Assembly: GCA_029260905.1 (NCBI GenBank)
Contig: JAJDCH010000002.1
Span: forward strand, 79,546-143,545
Length of the DNA stretch: 64,000 bases
DNA from: Candidatus Levyibacteriota bacterium
Lineage (GTDB): Bacteria; Patescibacteriota; Microgenomatia; Levybacterales; UBA12049
Direction of reading: 5' to 3'
Shown: piece after piece, positions 9,306 to 19,338 of the stretch
Layout: each line of letters begins with the position of its first letter
How positions within the stretch are numbered: the first letter of the stretch is position 1
The notes under the pieces: model-generated
The model's database searches: none
What the model was told of the DNA's origin: nothing
The model's input: the letters and a program-made list of their open reading frames with translations, nothing else
Position numbers and translations under genes: made by a program

Positions 9306-10668
9306 CTATTTCTTTTATAGCTTTTTCGGTTAACTCAACAGCAAGCCCGATATAGTTTTCAGGAGTTAATTTTTTAAATTTTGTTTTTATATTTTCATCA
9401 ACTGATAATCCATCAACCCATTTGCTCCAATCTTCAGGATTTACATTCTCTCCTTTTGTAAGTGTCGAGATAAGTGAATAAGGATCATCAACATTCTCTT
9501 TTCTTAAAAAGGTTTGAATAGCCTCTCCTAGTATTGACCAGTCTTTATTAAGTGCATTTTTTATGTCTTTAATGTTTGGTTCAATTCTTGAAAGACCAGA
9601 TAGGGTGCTTTTGTATCCGATTAAAGAATTGCCAAGAAATGTTCCAATTTCTCTAAGAGTTGTACTATCAGACAAGTCTCTTTGCAGTCTTGAGATGGGT
9701 AGTTTGCGGACAAAGAAATCACCCAAAGAGTTGGCTATTCCAAGACGCCCTTCGCTATTCTCAAAATCGATCGGATTTATCTTTTGTGGCATAGTTGATG
9801 ATCCCACTTCACCTTTAACTATGTTTTGAACAAACCAGTGATCACTGATATATCTCCAGAGGTCTTGATCAAGATCAATAATAATTCCATTTATTCTTTG
9901 GTAAGTTTGCAAAACTTCAATAATGTCCTCAGGTGTATTTATTTGAGTTGTTGTGAGGTTTGGCTCTAGATCAAGTGATGATATAAATTTTTCTGAAAAC
10001 TCCAACCAATTAGTATTTGGATAAACATAATGAATAGCATTAAAATTTCCAACAGCACCGCTTAATTTCCCCGTTAGTTTAATACTTTTTAATTTGCTAA
10101 GCTCTCTATTTATTCTTATTGCAAAAACAGCAAATTCTTTACCAACTGTTGTTGGAACAGCTGCTTGTCCATGAGTTCTAGCAAGCATGGGTATGGTTTT
10201 GTATTTTTCAGCTCTTTTAGTCAGCCCTTTTAGGAGTTTTGAAAGTGTTGGTATCAATATGTCTTTAGTAGCATTTTTAAGCAAAAGGCGGTACGAAATA
10301 TTATTTACATCTTCTGATGTGAGACCAAAATGGATTTTTTCTATCAGATCAGAAAGAGATGATTTTTCAAATTTGCCTCTGAGCATTTTTTCAACTGCTT
10401 TTACATCATGTCTGGTCTCTTTTTCAATTTCTTTTACTTTTTTTATGTCATCATCAGTTATATTATTAAGTTTTTTTACTTCATCCTCTGTTATTTCTCT
10501 TGTTATTCCCGCATCAGACAAAGCAACAAGATAGCTTGTCTCTACAATAATTCTGTTTTTGATAAGACCGTATTCAGAAATAATAGTAGAGAGTTCTTCA
10601 GTTTTCTCTCTATATCTTCCATCAATACTGGAAATAGCAGTAAGAGATGATAGTTTATTATTTGTCAT
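9277..10668 (-). CDS. purB: Adenylosuccinate lyase
   Basis: DGRY, HDVKAVE, HFGLTSEDVNN, RTHGQ, GSSTMPQKINPIDFENSEG and SRLQRDL motifs. Confidence 0.97.
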   Translation of the reverse strand: MTNNKLSSLTAISSIDGRYREKTEELSTIISEYGLIKNRIIVETSYLVALSDAGITREITEDEVKKLNNITDDDIKKVKEIEKETRHDVKAVEKMLRGKFEKSSLSDLIEKIHFGLTSEDVNNISYRLLLKNATKDILIPTLSKLLKGLTKRAEKYKTIPMLARTHGQAAVPTTVGKEFAVFAIRINRELSKLKSIKLTGKLSGAVGNFNAIHYVYPNTNWLEFSEKFISSLDLEPNLTTTQINTPEDIIEVLQTYQRINGIIIDLDQDLWRYISDHWFVQNIVKGEVGSSTMPQKINPIDFENSEGRLGIANSLGDFFVRKLPISRLQRDLSDSTTLREIGTFLGNSLIGYKSTLSGLSRIEPNIKDIKNALNKDWSILGEAIQTFLRKENVDDPYSLISTLTKGENVNPEDWSKWVDGLSVDENIKTKFKKLTPENYIGLAVELTEKAIKEIDDSKNANDN

Positions 10669-10669
10669 A

Positions 10670-11764
10670 TTAACTTATTATATCTTTTAATTTATTTTTT
10701 TCTTGAGCCTCTCGGATTTCCATAGCAATTCTGCGTCCGACATTTACTGGTTTACCAAAAAGGTATCCACTATATGGAGTAGCTGTGATTCCTGGAGAGC
10801 CTGGGAAGCGGGGAGAAACGTCAATTACAACGATGTCTTTTTTGGGCGGGCCAGGAACTATAAAAGATTGAAGCGCAAACGGTCCGATAACACCAGGGTT
10901 TGAGAGTTTTTTGCAGGCTTTTACAAATCTCTCGCCTATCTCAAATGCTGGTTGAAGCATTGACTCAAGAACAGTTACAGCAGTATGGCTTGCTTCTTCA
11001 TAAGAGATTGTGATTTTTTTTAGAACTTCTTCCTGATAATTAACTGGTAGTTTGGTTATTCCATAAAAGTTTGTTTGGCGTCTGGTGTCAGTTCCAAGAA
11101 GTTCAAGTCTGTCTGAGATGGGTGAGTAGAAGAAGTTGAAGTTAACTTGTACTCCTACGATGAATTCTTCAATCACAGCTTTTTTGACCTGCTCTTCTGT
11201 AAAAAGTCCAATATACATCTTTTGTTCAATTTGCTTAAGATAATCTTCGTAACTATCAACGATGAAGAATGCTCTTTCAAATTCTCTGTCTTTCTCAAGA
11301 ATCTTTACAAGACATACTCTGTCTATTTTTTTTGGGTCCTTAAACTGTTTGGGATAACGGATTTTGGCAACATCAAGAAGGTCGTATTGGTTTGGCTTGA
11401 AGCCTCTTTCCTCAATCCTTAGAAGTTTTTTGTTTCCAAACATAGGGACTTCAAATTTATTTTCAATTGCATCATAGTCATTGACATATACCTCAAACGA
11501 TCTATTTGGGATAAAAATTGCATTTGCTATTTTTAATTTTTCCTGGATATCAGGATTTAGTACATCTGAAAATTTGTCTACCAAAATTACCTCATCAACA
11601 CATCCGATTTCACCGTTTGATTTGTAATACTTTACATAAGTAGATTCTCTGCCTTTTTCGCAAACAACTATGTTTTTAAATCCCTCATCTTTGGCTCCAC
11701 GAGCTACTTCAAGTGCTGAATGGCTACCAATTGCTGCAATTGTTATTGGTTTGTTGTTGTTCAT
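10670..11764 (-). CDS. purP: PurP-like ATP-grasp protein (FAICAR synthetase family), second paralogue
   Basis: GSHSAL..ARGAKDEGF, PNRSF, ERAFF, GPFALQ, DVSPRFPGSPG and GRRIAMEI motifs of the archaeal PurP family. Confidence 0.85.
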   Translation of the reverse strand: MNNNKPITIAAIGSHSALEVARGAKDEGFKNIVVCEKGRESTYVKYYKSNGEIGCVDEVILVDKFSDVLNPDIQEKLKIANAIFIPNRSFEVYVNDYDAIENKFEVPMFGNKKLLRIEERGFKPNQYDLLDVAKIRYPKQFKDPKKIDRVCLVKILEKDREFERAFFIVDSYEDYLKQIEQKMYIGLFTEEQVKKAVIEEFIVGVQVNFNFFYSPISDRLELLGTDTRRQTNFYGITKLPVNYQEEVLKKITISYEEASHTAVTVLESMLQPAFEIGERFVKACKKLSNPGVIGPFALQSFIVPGPPKKDIVVIDVSPRFPGSPGITATPYSGYLFGKPVNVGRRIAMEIREAQEKNKLKDIIS

Positions 11765-11765
11765 G

Positions 11766-13259
11766 TTAGTGTTTAAAACTTCTGACTCCCGTAAATATCA
11801 TAGCGACATTTGCTTCATTGCAAGCATCAATTGTTTCTTGGTCTCTGATAGAGCCTCCTGGTTGAATTATTGCTTTTATTCCTGCTTTTATCAATGTGTC
11901 TGGCCCATCTCTGAAAGGAAAAAATCCATCAGTTGCTGTGACTGCTTCTTCAAGAGAATTAAGCGCCTTGCTGACACATAGCTCGCAACATCTTTTTCTG
12001 TCTTGTTGACCAACCCCAGACGCAATTAAAACACCATCTTTTACGGCAACAACGCAGTTTGATTTACTGACTTGAGATATTTTCCAAGCAAACATTAGGT
12101 CATCAATCTGCTTGCTAGTTGGGCTTTTCTTTGTTACTATTTTTAGATTATTTTTATCAAGCCTATTGATGTCTGTGTCCTGGATTAGATATCCGCCTCT
12201 GACTCTCTTTTGATCATCATACGGCACAAGAAAAGGTTTTTCAAGTTCTTTATTTTCAAGAAGCTGAAGCTTGGGTCTGTTGCTGAATTCCATCAAGGCT
12301 TCTTTTGTAAATCCTGGGGCTCCTACTATTTCAAAAAATTTCTTGTCTGCAAGCATTTGTTTTGCCAATTTTTCATCAACAACTCTGTTAAATAAGATTA
12401 CGCCTCCAAATGCAGCTAGGGGATCTCCCTCAAACCATGCTTTTTGAAAAGCATCATGAATAGTATCAGCAATTGCAGCGCCACATGGATTGGTATGTTT
12501 TAAGATGACACAAGCAGGTTTTGTGCCGTTGATTAGTGAAATTGTCATAAGGCCTGAATCAAGATCTAGGTAGTTATTGAATGATGTTTCTTTTCCTTGA
12601 AGAACCTTGAAGTTGCCAAGTCCTAGTTTGTCTTTTCCGTTGTCGGTAAAGAAAAAGGCTTTTTGATGAGGGTTTTCTCCATATCTTAATTCTTTTCCGT
12701 TTTTAAAAACCTGATATTTATTTTCTGATCCGAAGAAGCTTGAGATCGAGATATCATATTCGGTGACGTAAGAAAATGCTTTTGCAGCTAATTTTTTTCT
12801 CACAGCAAGGATTGTTTGTCCATTTGTCAGTAGTTTATAATCCCCAGGATCAACCAGGACAGATACGCTTTCATAGTTTTTGGCAGCAGCTCTTACCATT
12901 GTTGGTCCGCCAACATCAATCATCTCGATACCAGGCTTTTCACTAAAGGCATAAAAATTGCAGATCACGAAATCTATATGAGGAATTTTTAACTCCTTTG
13001 CTTCTTTTTGGTGAGTTTTATTGTTTCTATCAAAGAGAATTCCTGAGAGTGTCTGAAAGCTGATTGTCTTTACTCGACCACCAAAGCTTTCAGGATTTTT
13101 GGTTATTTCTTCAATTGGTGTAATCTTGATTTTATTTTTCTTAAGAAGCTTGGCTGTTCCGCCAGTTGCTATTATTTCAATATTATTTTTTATGAGGTTT
13201 TTTGCCAGATCTACAATTCCGGTTTTATCATAAACACTGATTAGGGCGTATTTCTTCAT
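11766..13259 (-). CDS. purH: Bifunctional AICAR transformylase/IMP cyclohydrolase
   Basis: ALISVYDKTG, TGGTA, GRVKT, DVGGPTMVRAAAKNY, LRYGENPHQ, KHTNPCG, DGFFPF, IQPGGSIRD and RSFKH motifs. Confidence 0.95.
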   Translation of the reverse strand: MKKYALISVYDKTGIVDLAKNLIKNNIEIIATGGTAKLLKKNKIKITPIEEITKNPESFGGRVKTISFQTLSGILFDRNNKTHQKEAKELKIPHIDFVICNFYAFSEKPGIEMIDVGGPTMVRAAAKNYESVSVLVDPGDYKLLTNGQTILAVRKKLAAKAFSYVTEYDISISSFFGSENKYQVFKNGKELRYGENPHQKAFFFTDNGKDKLGLGNFKVLQGKETSFNNYLDLDSGLMTISLINGTKPACVILKHTNPCGAAIADTIHDAFQKAWFEGDPLAAFGGVILFNRVVDEKLAKQMLADKKFFEIVGAPGFTKEALMEFSNRPKLQLLENKELEKPFLVPYDDQKRVRGGYLIQDTDINRLDKNNLKIVTKKSPTSKQIDDLMFAWKISQVSKSNCVVAVKDGVLIASGVGQQDRKRCCELCVSKALNSLEEAVTATDGFFPFRDGPDTLIKAGIKAIIQPGGSIRDQETIDACNEANVAMIFTGVRSFKH

Positions 13260-13261
13260 AA

Positions 13262-14278
13262 TTATCCAAGGATTAAGGGCAGTTTGTTTTTATCAATTGC
13301 AATTTTTATTTCCCTTGCGATCCTTCTTCCTGTGCTCATTGGTTCGTTGTAGTAGAGCCATGAATAGGGTGAGCCATGGGTGAATAGATTGGTGCCTGCA
13401 ACGATTCTGCAAGAAATTTCAAGTACATAAAATTTGGCATCAGACGTAATGATTGTTTCAAGACAGAATGGCCCAAAAATTCCTTTTTTGTCAATAATTT
13501 TTCTTGATGCGTTTATTGTTTTTCTTCCCATATCGTATGCTTCAGGCAGCATGCTTTCTCGTAGTACGAGATCGCTATTTCCAACAACAACATAGCTTGG
13601 CTCAATGTCTAGTCCCTCTTGTCCCAGAAGTGGAATTCTTCCTATTCCATCAGCATTTGTTTCATATCTTCTATCAATGCTCATTATCTCCAGTTTGTCG
13701 TTAAGAGGAGAATAGAAGTAGTGGATATAAAGCGGCACACCAATTACGTATTCCTGGACTATAAATTTTTTACCACTAAATGTAGTTATTTTTTTCTCAA
13801 AATCTGTTTTGTTTTTAGCGTAAAAATATCCTTTTCCACCGGCTGCACCATAAGATTTGACGATAATTGGATAAGTGACTGGTTCGTGTTCAAAATCAAA
13901 CTGTTTGGGAATGTTTATTTTTGCTTTTTTTAACCATTCCCTTTGTTTTCTTCTGTCCTCCTCCCAGTCAAGGACGTGCTTGTTTCCATAATAGGGGAGA
14001 TTCATGTTTTTATTTTTTTCAGATCCTAGATAGGCAACAAATGATCCATGAGGAATGATAATTACATTTTTTTTCTTTAATTCTTTTTCAACTGATGGAA
14101 AGTCAGAAAAATCAGAAAGGGAAATAAACTCATCAATAAAAGGAAAAGATCTGTAGAATTCTTCCTTTTCCTTTTTTGTGATAATGAGAGTATTGAACCC
14201 TTCGTCTTTGGCCCCTTTTAATATCTGAAGTGATGAATGGCTTCCTAGTGTAGCAATTGTGTATTTATTATTTTTCAT
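13262..14278 (-). CDS. purP: Formate-dependent FAICAR synthetase (archaeal-type PurP)
   Basis: IATLGSHSSLQILKGAKDEGF, PHGSF, GGKGY, DRRYETNADG, YVVVGN, GPFCLE, EISCRIVAGTN and GRRIAREI motifs. Confidence 0.92.
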   Translation of the reverse strand: MKNNKYTIATLGSHSSLQILKGAKDEGFNTLIITKKEKEEFYRSFPFIDEFISLSDFSDFPSVEKELKKKNVIIIPHGSFVAYLGSEKNKNMNLPYYGNKHVLDWEEDRRKQREWLKKAKINIPKQFDFEHEPVTYPIIVKSYGAAGGKGYFYAKNKTDFEKKITTFSGKKFIVQEYVIGVPLYIHYFYSPLNDKLEIMSIDRRYETNADGIGRIPLLGQEGLDIEPSYVVVGNSDLVLRESMLPEAYDMGRKTINASRKIIDKKGIFGPFCLETIITSDAKFYVLEISCRIVAGTNLFTHGSPYSWLYYNEPMSTGRRIAREIKIAIDKNKLPLILG

Positions 14279-14281
14279 AGT

Positions 14282-15085
14282 TTATTTACTAAAATATTGT
14301 ACAGCATTTTTGAATATAGATAAACCCGGTCCTTCAGATGGTATTTTCTTACCTCTTCTTTTGTATTCCTCTTTTTTAATTTGCCAGTTGGGGAGTTGGG
14401 TAAAAAACATGCCTCTCTCTGGATGGGGCATGAGACCAAGTATTTTTCCTGTTTCATCAATGATGCCTGCTATGTCGAGAACTGATCCGTTGGGGTTGTA
14501 GGAAAGATCAAGATATTTACTCATTTCACCGGGCTCATATTTTAGTGCAATTTGTTTGTTCGTTTTAAGTTTTTTAAGATCATTTTCTTTTGCAAAGAAT
14601 TTTCCTTCTCCATGCGCAATTGGTAAGGATAGTTTTTTAATTCCTGCAAGCCAGGGGGTTCTAGCTGTTACTCTTAGATCAGTCCAGCGACATGTGAATC
14701 TCGCGTTTTTATTATTCAAAAGCGCTAAGTCTCTTTGACCATAATTTTTTTCAAATGCTGGAAAGAGCCCAGTATCGGCAATAATCTGACAGCCATTGCA
14801 GATTCCGATTACTAATTTATCTTTTTCTATGAATTTTAATAACTTTTCCCAGAGATGATTTTTGATTTTGTTTGCGTATGCATTACCAGCTCCAGTATCA
14901 TCGCCATATGAAAATCCTCCGGGTAAAGAAAGAATTTGATAGTCATCCAATTTGTAAATTCCATCAATTATGTCATTGATGTGGACTATTTCTGATTTTG
15001 CGCCAGCCAGTGTAAATCCATAGGCTGTTTCTGCCTCAGAGTTAAGTCCATATCCTGAAAATATTAATGCTTTTGGTTTGTACAT
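14282..15085 (-). CDS. purQ: FGAM synthase glutaminase subunit
   Basis: GYGLNSE, PGGFSYGDD, GICNGCQ, AHGEG, NPNGS and MPHPER motifs. Start set at MYKPK, 2 nt after the purL stop. Confidence 0.96.
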   Translation of the reverse strand: MYKPKALIFSGYGLNSEAETAYGFTLAGAKSEIVHINDIIDGIYKLDDYQILSLPGGFSYGDDTGAGNAYANKIKNHLWEKLLKFIEKDKLVIGICNGCQIIADTGLFPAFEKNYGQRDLALLNNKNARFTCRWTDLRVTARTPWLAGIKKLSLPIAHGEGKFFAKENDLKKLKTNKQIALKYEPGEMSKYLDLSYNPNGSVLDIAGIIDETGKILGLMPHPERGMFFTQLPNWQIKKEEYKRRGKKIPSEGPGLSIFKNAVQYFSK

Positions 15086-15086
15086 A

Positions 15087-18053
15087 TTAATAATTTTGAA
15101 AAGTTTCTCTATATTGGTTTTTTGCCTGATCAAGTTTAATATTAACTATTTCTTTATTTGATAATCCTTTTATTTTTATCACCGATTTTTTAGTAACAAC
15201 TCCGATTTGTCTAATTTTGTTTCCTTTCATAATTTTTTCAAACGCTTTTTTATTTTGTGGCGCAATTGTTATAAGGATTCTGCCTTGGCTTTCTGAGAAT
15301 AGAGTCAGATCATCTCTTGAGACACTACCTGGTATATTTTTAAGTGAGATATCCACTCCAAGCATACCACCAATTGATTTTTTGGCAATAGCAACAGCCA
15401 GACCGCCTCTGCCGATGCTGATACTTGATGCAACTAATTCTTTTTGAAGTGTTTTGTAGAAATCCTTGTACATTTTTAAATTCTTTTTTGTATTAACAAT
15501 GGGTGTCTTCGAGTTGCTAATTTTCTTCATAGATAAATATTCGGACCCTCCTAGCTCATCAAAAGTTTCACCTATTATATAGATCAAATCATTTTCATTT
15601 TTTGCATCAAGAGAAACTGTTTTGTTTATATCCTCAATAACACCAATTGATGAAATCAGAAGAGTTGGAGGAATTGTGATTTTTACTGGTTTGCTGTTTT
15701 TATCAAATCCGTTAAATTCATTAAACATACTGTCTTTGCCTGAAATATATGGAGTTTCATAGTCAATTGCTATGTCATAGCATGCTTTGGCTGCCATTTT
15801 TAGTTGGAAAAGTCTTTTAGTGTTGTTGCTTTCTGTCCAGCAAAAATTATCAAGTAGAGCGATATAGTCAGGATTTCCACCTACTGCAACTGCATTGCGA
15901 ACTGCTGTGTCTATACTTGCTGCAGCCATGTCATAAGGATTTATGTCGGAGTACATTGGATAAAGAGCCTGAGACATCACAACGCCTCTTTGAGACTGAA
16001 GAACTGGACGGAAAACAGATGCGTCTGAGTTAACTCTTCCTGATCCCTGAAGTGGTCCCAGGACTGCACCTCCGAGCACTATATGATCGTACTGGGCAGA
16101 GATGAATTCAATACTTGCTATGTTTAATCTCGCAAGCATCTGAGAAAAAGATTTATTTAGATTCATATCATTTGGTATTATTGCTTGCTGTTTGGTGTTT
16201 GATGTTTTATCTGAAACCATCTTTCGCTTGGGCAAACCTTCGTGGAGGAATTCCATGTCAATATCTAGAATTATTTTGTTTTTGTATTTGACGATTCCTT
16301 TTTTTGAATTGGTAAATTTACCAATTGTCGTTGCTTCAACGCCGCGTTTTTTCATAAGGGAACTAAACTTAGCCCAGTTTTTTTCAGGAACAGCTAGGGT
16401 CATTCTTTCTTGGGATTCTGATATCCAGATTTCCCAAGGGTCCAGGCCTTCGTATTTGAGCGGGGTTTTTTCAAGATTCAGCACAAATCCTCCTGACTCT
16501 TTTGCCATTTCTGAAACAGAGCAAGACAGTCCTCCTGCTCCATTATCAGTTATGCTGTTGTAGAGAAGCTCTCCTCTTGCTTCATTTATGATTGCATCGC
16601 TTAATTTTTTTTGTGTGATAGGGTCACCGATCTGGACAGCTGCTGCTGGACTTCCTGTATTAAGGCTTTCTGATGAAAAGGTTGCTCCGTGTACACCGTC
16701 TTTTCCGACTCTTCCACCGATCATGACTATCAAGTCACCAGGTAGAGCTTTTTTGATGTGTGAGGGTTTGTTTTTTATTTTTTTGGGGATAAGACCTATT
16801 GTTCCTGCAAAGACAAGTGGTTTGCCTCTGTAGCCTTCATGAAAATAAACAAATCCCTGAGGAGTTGGGATTCCTGATTGATTACCACCTGCGTTTATTC
16901 CAGCAATAACGCCATCCATAATCCTACGGGATGAGAGCATTTTTTGAGATTTATTTTTATCTCTATATAAAGGTATGTCTACTGTAGGGTCTGCAAGGCA
17001 AAACCCGTAAAAATTAGCAACTGGTTTGGCTCCAAGTCCAAATCCAAGTGTGTCCCGGTTTACCCCGACGATTCCAGTTATTGCTCCGCCAAATGGGTCA
17101 AGTGCCGATGGGCTATTATGTGTTTCAACCTTATGAGTAATTAAATAATTTTCATCGAATGAAATGCCGCCTGAATTATCAGTGAATACTGATACACAAA
17201 AGTCATTTTTGCCTTTTAACTTTCTTATTTTTTCAGTTGCTCCTTTGATGTAGGTCTTGTAAAGCCCTTTTTTAATATCATCAATCGGATCGTTAAAAAT
17301 AGTGTGCTTACAATGCTCAGACCAGGTTTGGGCAAGTGATTCTAGTTCGATATCAGTCGGGTTTCGATTGATTTTCTTAAAATAGCTTTGGATAGTTTTC
17401 ATAAAAGTAAGATCAAGCGCGAGAGGTCCGCGAGTTGTTCCATCCTGGTTCTGGATTCCATTTTTTCCGATTTTTACCAACTCTTCATCGCTTATATTTA
17501 GATTTACCTCAGTTACTCTGGGTTGATGCTTTATATTTACTTTTGGAACGATTATATCCATACCGCCGTCTTTTAAAAATTGCTCATAGCTCTTGATGTG
17601 AGCTCTTTGGATGAGCGGATTGTAAAGAGTTAGTGATATTTCTCTTGCATCATTTTCAGATAGTTTGCCTTTCAAGAAGGTTACCTGAGATGAGTAGACA
17701 TCTTCATCATCTCTAAATTTTGTTTTTAGACTATCTTTGATTATTTCCTTTGCAGTATGTCCGATGTTATCAGTAACTCCAGGTAAAAATCCAATCTCTA
17801 TTGCAAAGCTAAATTCTTGGGGAGGAGTGTATTTGATTTTTTTTGTTCTAAAAACTACTGATTGGGTAAGAGGATTTGAGAGTTTCCCACCAATTGATAC
17901 CAGTTGTTTAGCATCTAGTTTTTTTGCAACGGTATAAATGTCATAGATCCAAAGATCTTTTATTTTTTTAAATCCCTGATTTTTTAGTTTTTCAATACGG
18001 GTTTTGGCTCTGGTATCAAAAACATTTGTAATTATTCCAATTCTTGTTGTCAT
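15087..18053 (-). CDS. purL: FGAM synthase synthetase subunit with N-terminal PurS-like extension
   Basis: QTWSEHCKH, KVETHNSPSALDPFGGA, DNGAGG, SESQERM, SGKDS and FSESQGR motifs. About 180-aa N-terminal region with a PGVTD motif; no separate purS in the operon. Confidence 0.95.
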   Translation of the reverse strand: MTTRIGIITNVFDTRAKTRIEKLKNQGFKKIKDLWIYDIYTVAKKLDAKQLVSIGGKLSNPLTQSVVFRTKKIKYTPPQEFSFAIEIGFLPGVTDNIGHTAKEIIKDSLKTKFRDDEDVYSSQVTFLKGKLSENDAREISLTLYNPLIQRAHIKSYEQFLKDGGMDIIVPKVNIKHQPRVTEVNLNISDEELVKIGKNGIQNQDGTTRGPLALDLTFMKTIQSYFKKINRNPTDIELESLAQTWSEHCKHTIFNDPIDDIKKGLYKTYIKGATEKIRKLKGKNDFCVSVFTDNSGGISFDENYLITHKVETHNSPSALDPFGGAITGIVGVNRDTLGFGLGAKPVANFYGFCLADPTVDIPLYRDKNKSQKMLSSRRIMDGVIAGINAGGNQSGIPTPQGFVYFHEGYRGKPLVFAGTIGLIPKKIKNKPSHIKKALPGDLIVMIGGRVGKDGVHGATFSSESLNTGSPAAAVQIGDPITQKKLSDAIINEARGELLYNSITDNGAGGLSCSVSEMAKESGGFVLNLEKTPLKYEGLDPWEIWISESQERMTLAVPEKNWAKFSSLMKKRGVEATTIGKFTNSKKGIVKYKNKIILDIDMEFLHEGLPKRKMVSDKTSNTKQQAIIPNDMNLNKSFSQMLARLNIASIEFISAQYDHIVLGGAVLGPLQGSGRVNSDASVFRPVLQSQRGVVMSQALYPMYSDINPYDMAAASIDTAVRNAVAVGGNPDYIALLDNFCWTESNNTKRLFQLKMAAKACYDIAIDYETPYISGKDSMFNEFNGFDKNSKPVKITIPPTLLISSIGVIEDINKTVSLDAKNENDLIYIIGETFDELGGSEYLSMKKISNSKTPIVNTKKNLKMYKDFYKTLQKELVASSISIGRGGLAVAIAKKSIGGMLGVDISLKNIPGSVSRDDLTLFSESQGRILITIAPQNKKAFEKIMKGNKIRQIGVVTKKSVIKIKGLSNKEIVNIKLDQAKNQYRETFQNY

Positions 18054-19324
18054 AGCTTGCCTATATCTGATCTGTATTGCATTCCCTTAAAATGTATACC
18101 GTTTTTACCAATTGCAGAATATGCTTTATTCAGCGCTTCATCAAGAGTTTTTCCTGTAGCTGTTACACCCAAGACCCGACCGCCGTTTGTGACAATATTG
18201 TCTTCATTTTTTTTGGTAGCGAAGTGGAAAACAACAATTTCAGGATCATCGACAAATTTATCTAATCCATGGATCGGAATCCCTTTTTGCGAACTGGCGG
18301 GATAGCCGGCTGATGCAAGGACAATGCAGCAGGCGAATTTGCTTGACCATTTTATGTCTATTTCCGAAAGTCTTTCCTCTACGCAAGCGTTTAATATTTC
18401 GAAAATATCTGTCTTGAGAAGTCTCATGTATGATTCCATTTCAGGATCACCAAATCTCGAATTGAACTCAATTACTTTTGGACCGTCTTTTGTCAGCATC
18501 AGTCCTGGATAAAGACATCCTGTAAAAGGGATTCCCATTTTTTTCATTCCCTGAATTGCTGGAATTACAATTTTTTCTTTTATTTCATTAATTTCCTTTT
18601 TTGATATTTCAGAAAGTGGCGCGATAGTTCCCATACCTCCAGTATTGGGACCTTTGTGTCCATCATAAATTGGTTTGTGATCTCTTGCAGTTGGGAAAAG
18701 TGAAATTGTTCTCCCGTCAGAGAATGCATGAATTGAGACTTCTTTTCCCTCTAGATATTCCTCGATTACTATTTCAGATCCAGCATCACCGAAAACCTTT
18801 TTGACCATTGCGTCATTAATTGCGTTGATCGCCTCATTGATTGTTTTTGCAACAACAACACCTTTGCCTAGTGCTAGGCCTGATGCTTTTATGACGATTG
18901 GTGCTTTGTGTTTTCTTGCATAATCCTTGGCCTTTTCAGGATCTGTAAAGGTTTGGTATGCTGCTGTTGGTATATTATTTTTTTTCATCAGATCTTTTGC
19001 AAAGGCTTTTGAGGATTCGATTTGCGCAGCTTCTTTTGTGGGACCAAAAATTTTAAGTCGCTGTTTTTTAAAGATATTTACGATTCCTGCTGCTAAAATA
19101 TCATCTGGTCCTGCAATTGTAAGATCAATTGAATTTTCTTTGGCAAATTTTATCAATGAGTCAAAATCCAGAGGATTTATGTTTGTGTTTTCTCCAACTT
19201 GTGCGGTTCCAGCAGTTCCTGGAGCAAAATAAATTTTCTCAACTTTGGGAGATTGCTTTAGTTTCCAGCCGAGTGCGTGTTCACGTCCACCTGATCCGAT
19301 AATTAAAATATTCTGCCTGTTCAT
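18050..19324 (-). CDS. purD: GAR synthetase (phosphoribosylamine-glycine ligase)
   Basis: GSGGREHAL, KASGLALGKGV, DHK, GPNTGGMG, EFNSRFGDPE and TNGGRVL motifs. Confidence 0.97.
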   Translation of the reverse strand: MNRQNILIIGSGGREHALGWKLKQSPKVEKIYFAPGTAGTAQVGENTNINPLDFDSLIKFAKENSIDLTIAGPDDILAAGIVNIFKKQRLKIFGPTKEAAQIESSKAFAKDLMKKNNIPTAAYQTFTDPEKAKDYARKHKAPIVIKASGLALGKGVVVAKTINEAINAINDAMVKKVFGDAGSEIVIEEYLEGKEVSIHAFSDGRTISLFPTARDHKPIYDGHKGPNTGGMGTIAPLSEISKKEINEIKEKIVIPAIQGMKKMGIPFTGCLYPGLMLTKDGPKVIEFNSRFGDPEMESYMRLLKTDIFEILNACVEERLSEIDIKWSSKFACCIVLASAGYPASSQKGIPIHGLDKFVDDPEIVVFHFATKKNEDNIVTNGGRVLGVTATGKTLDEALNKAYSAIGKNGIHFKGMQYRSDIGKL

Positions 19325-19338
19325 ATGTTTTTATTTTT

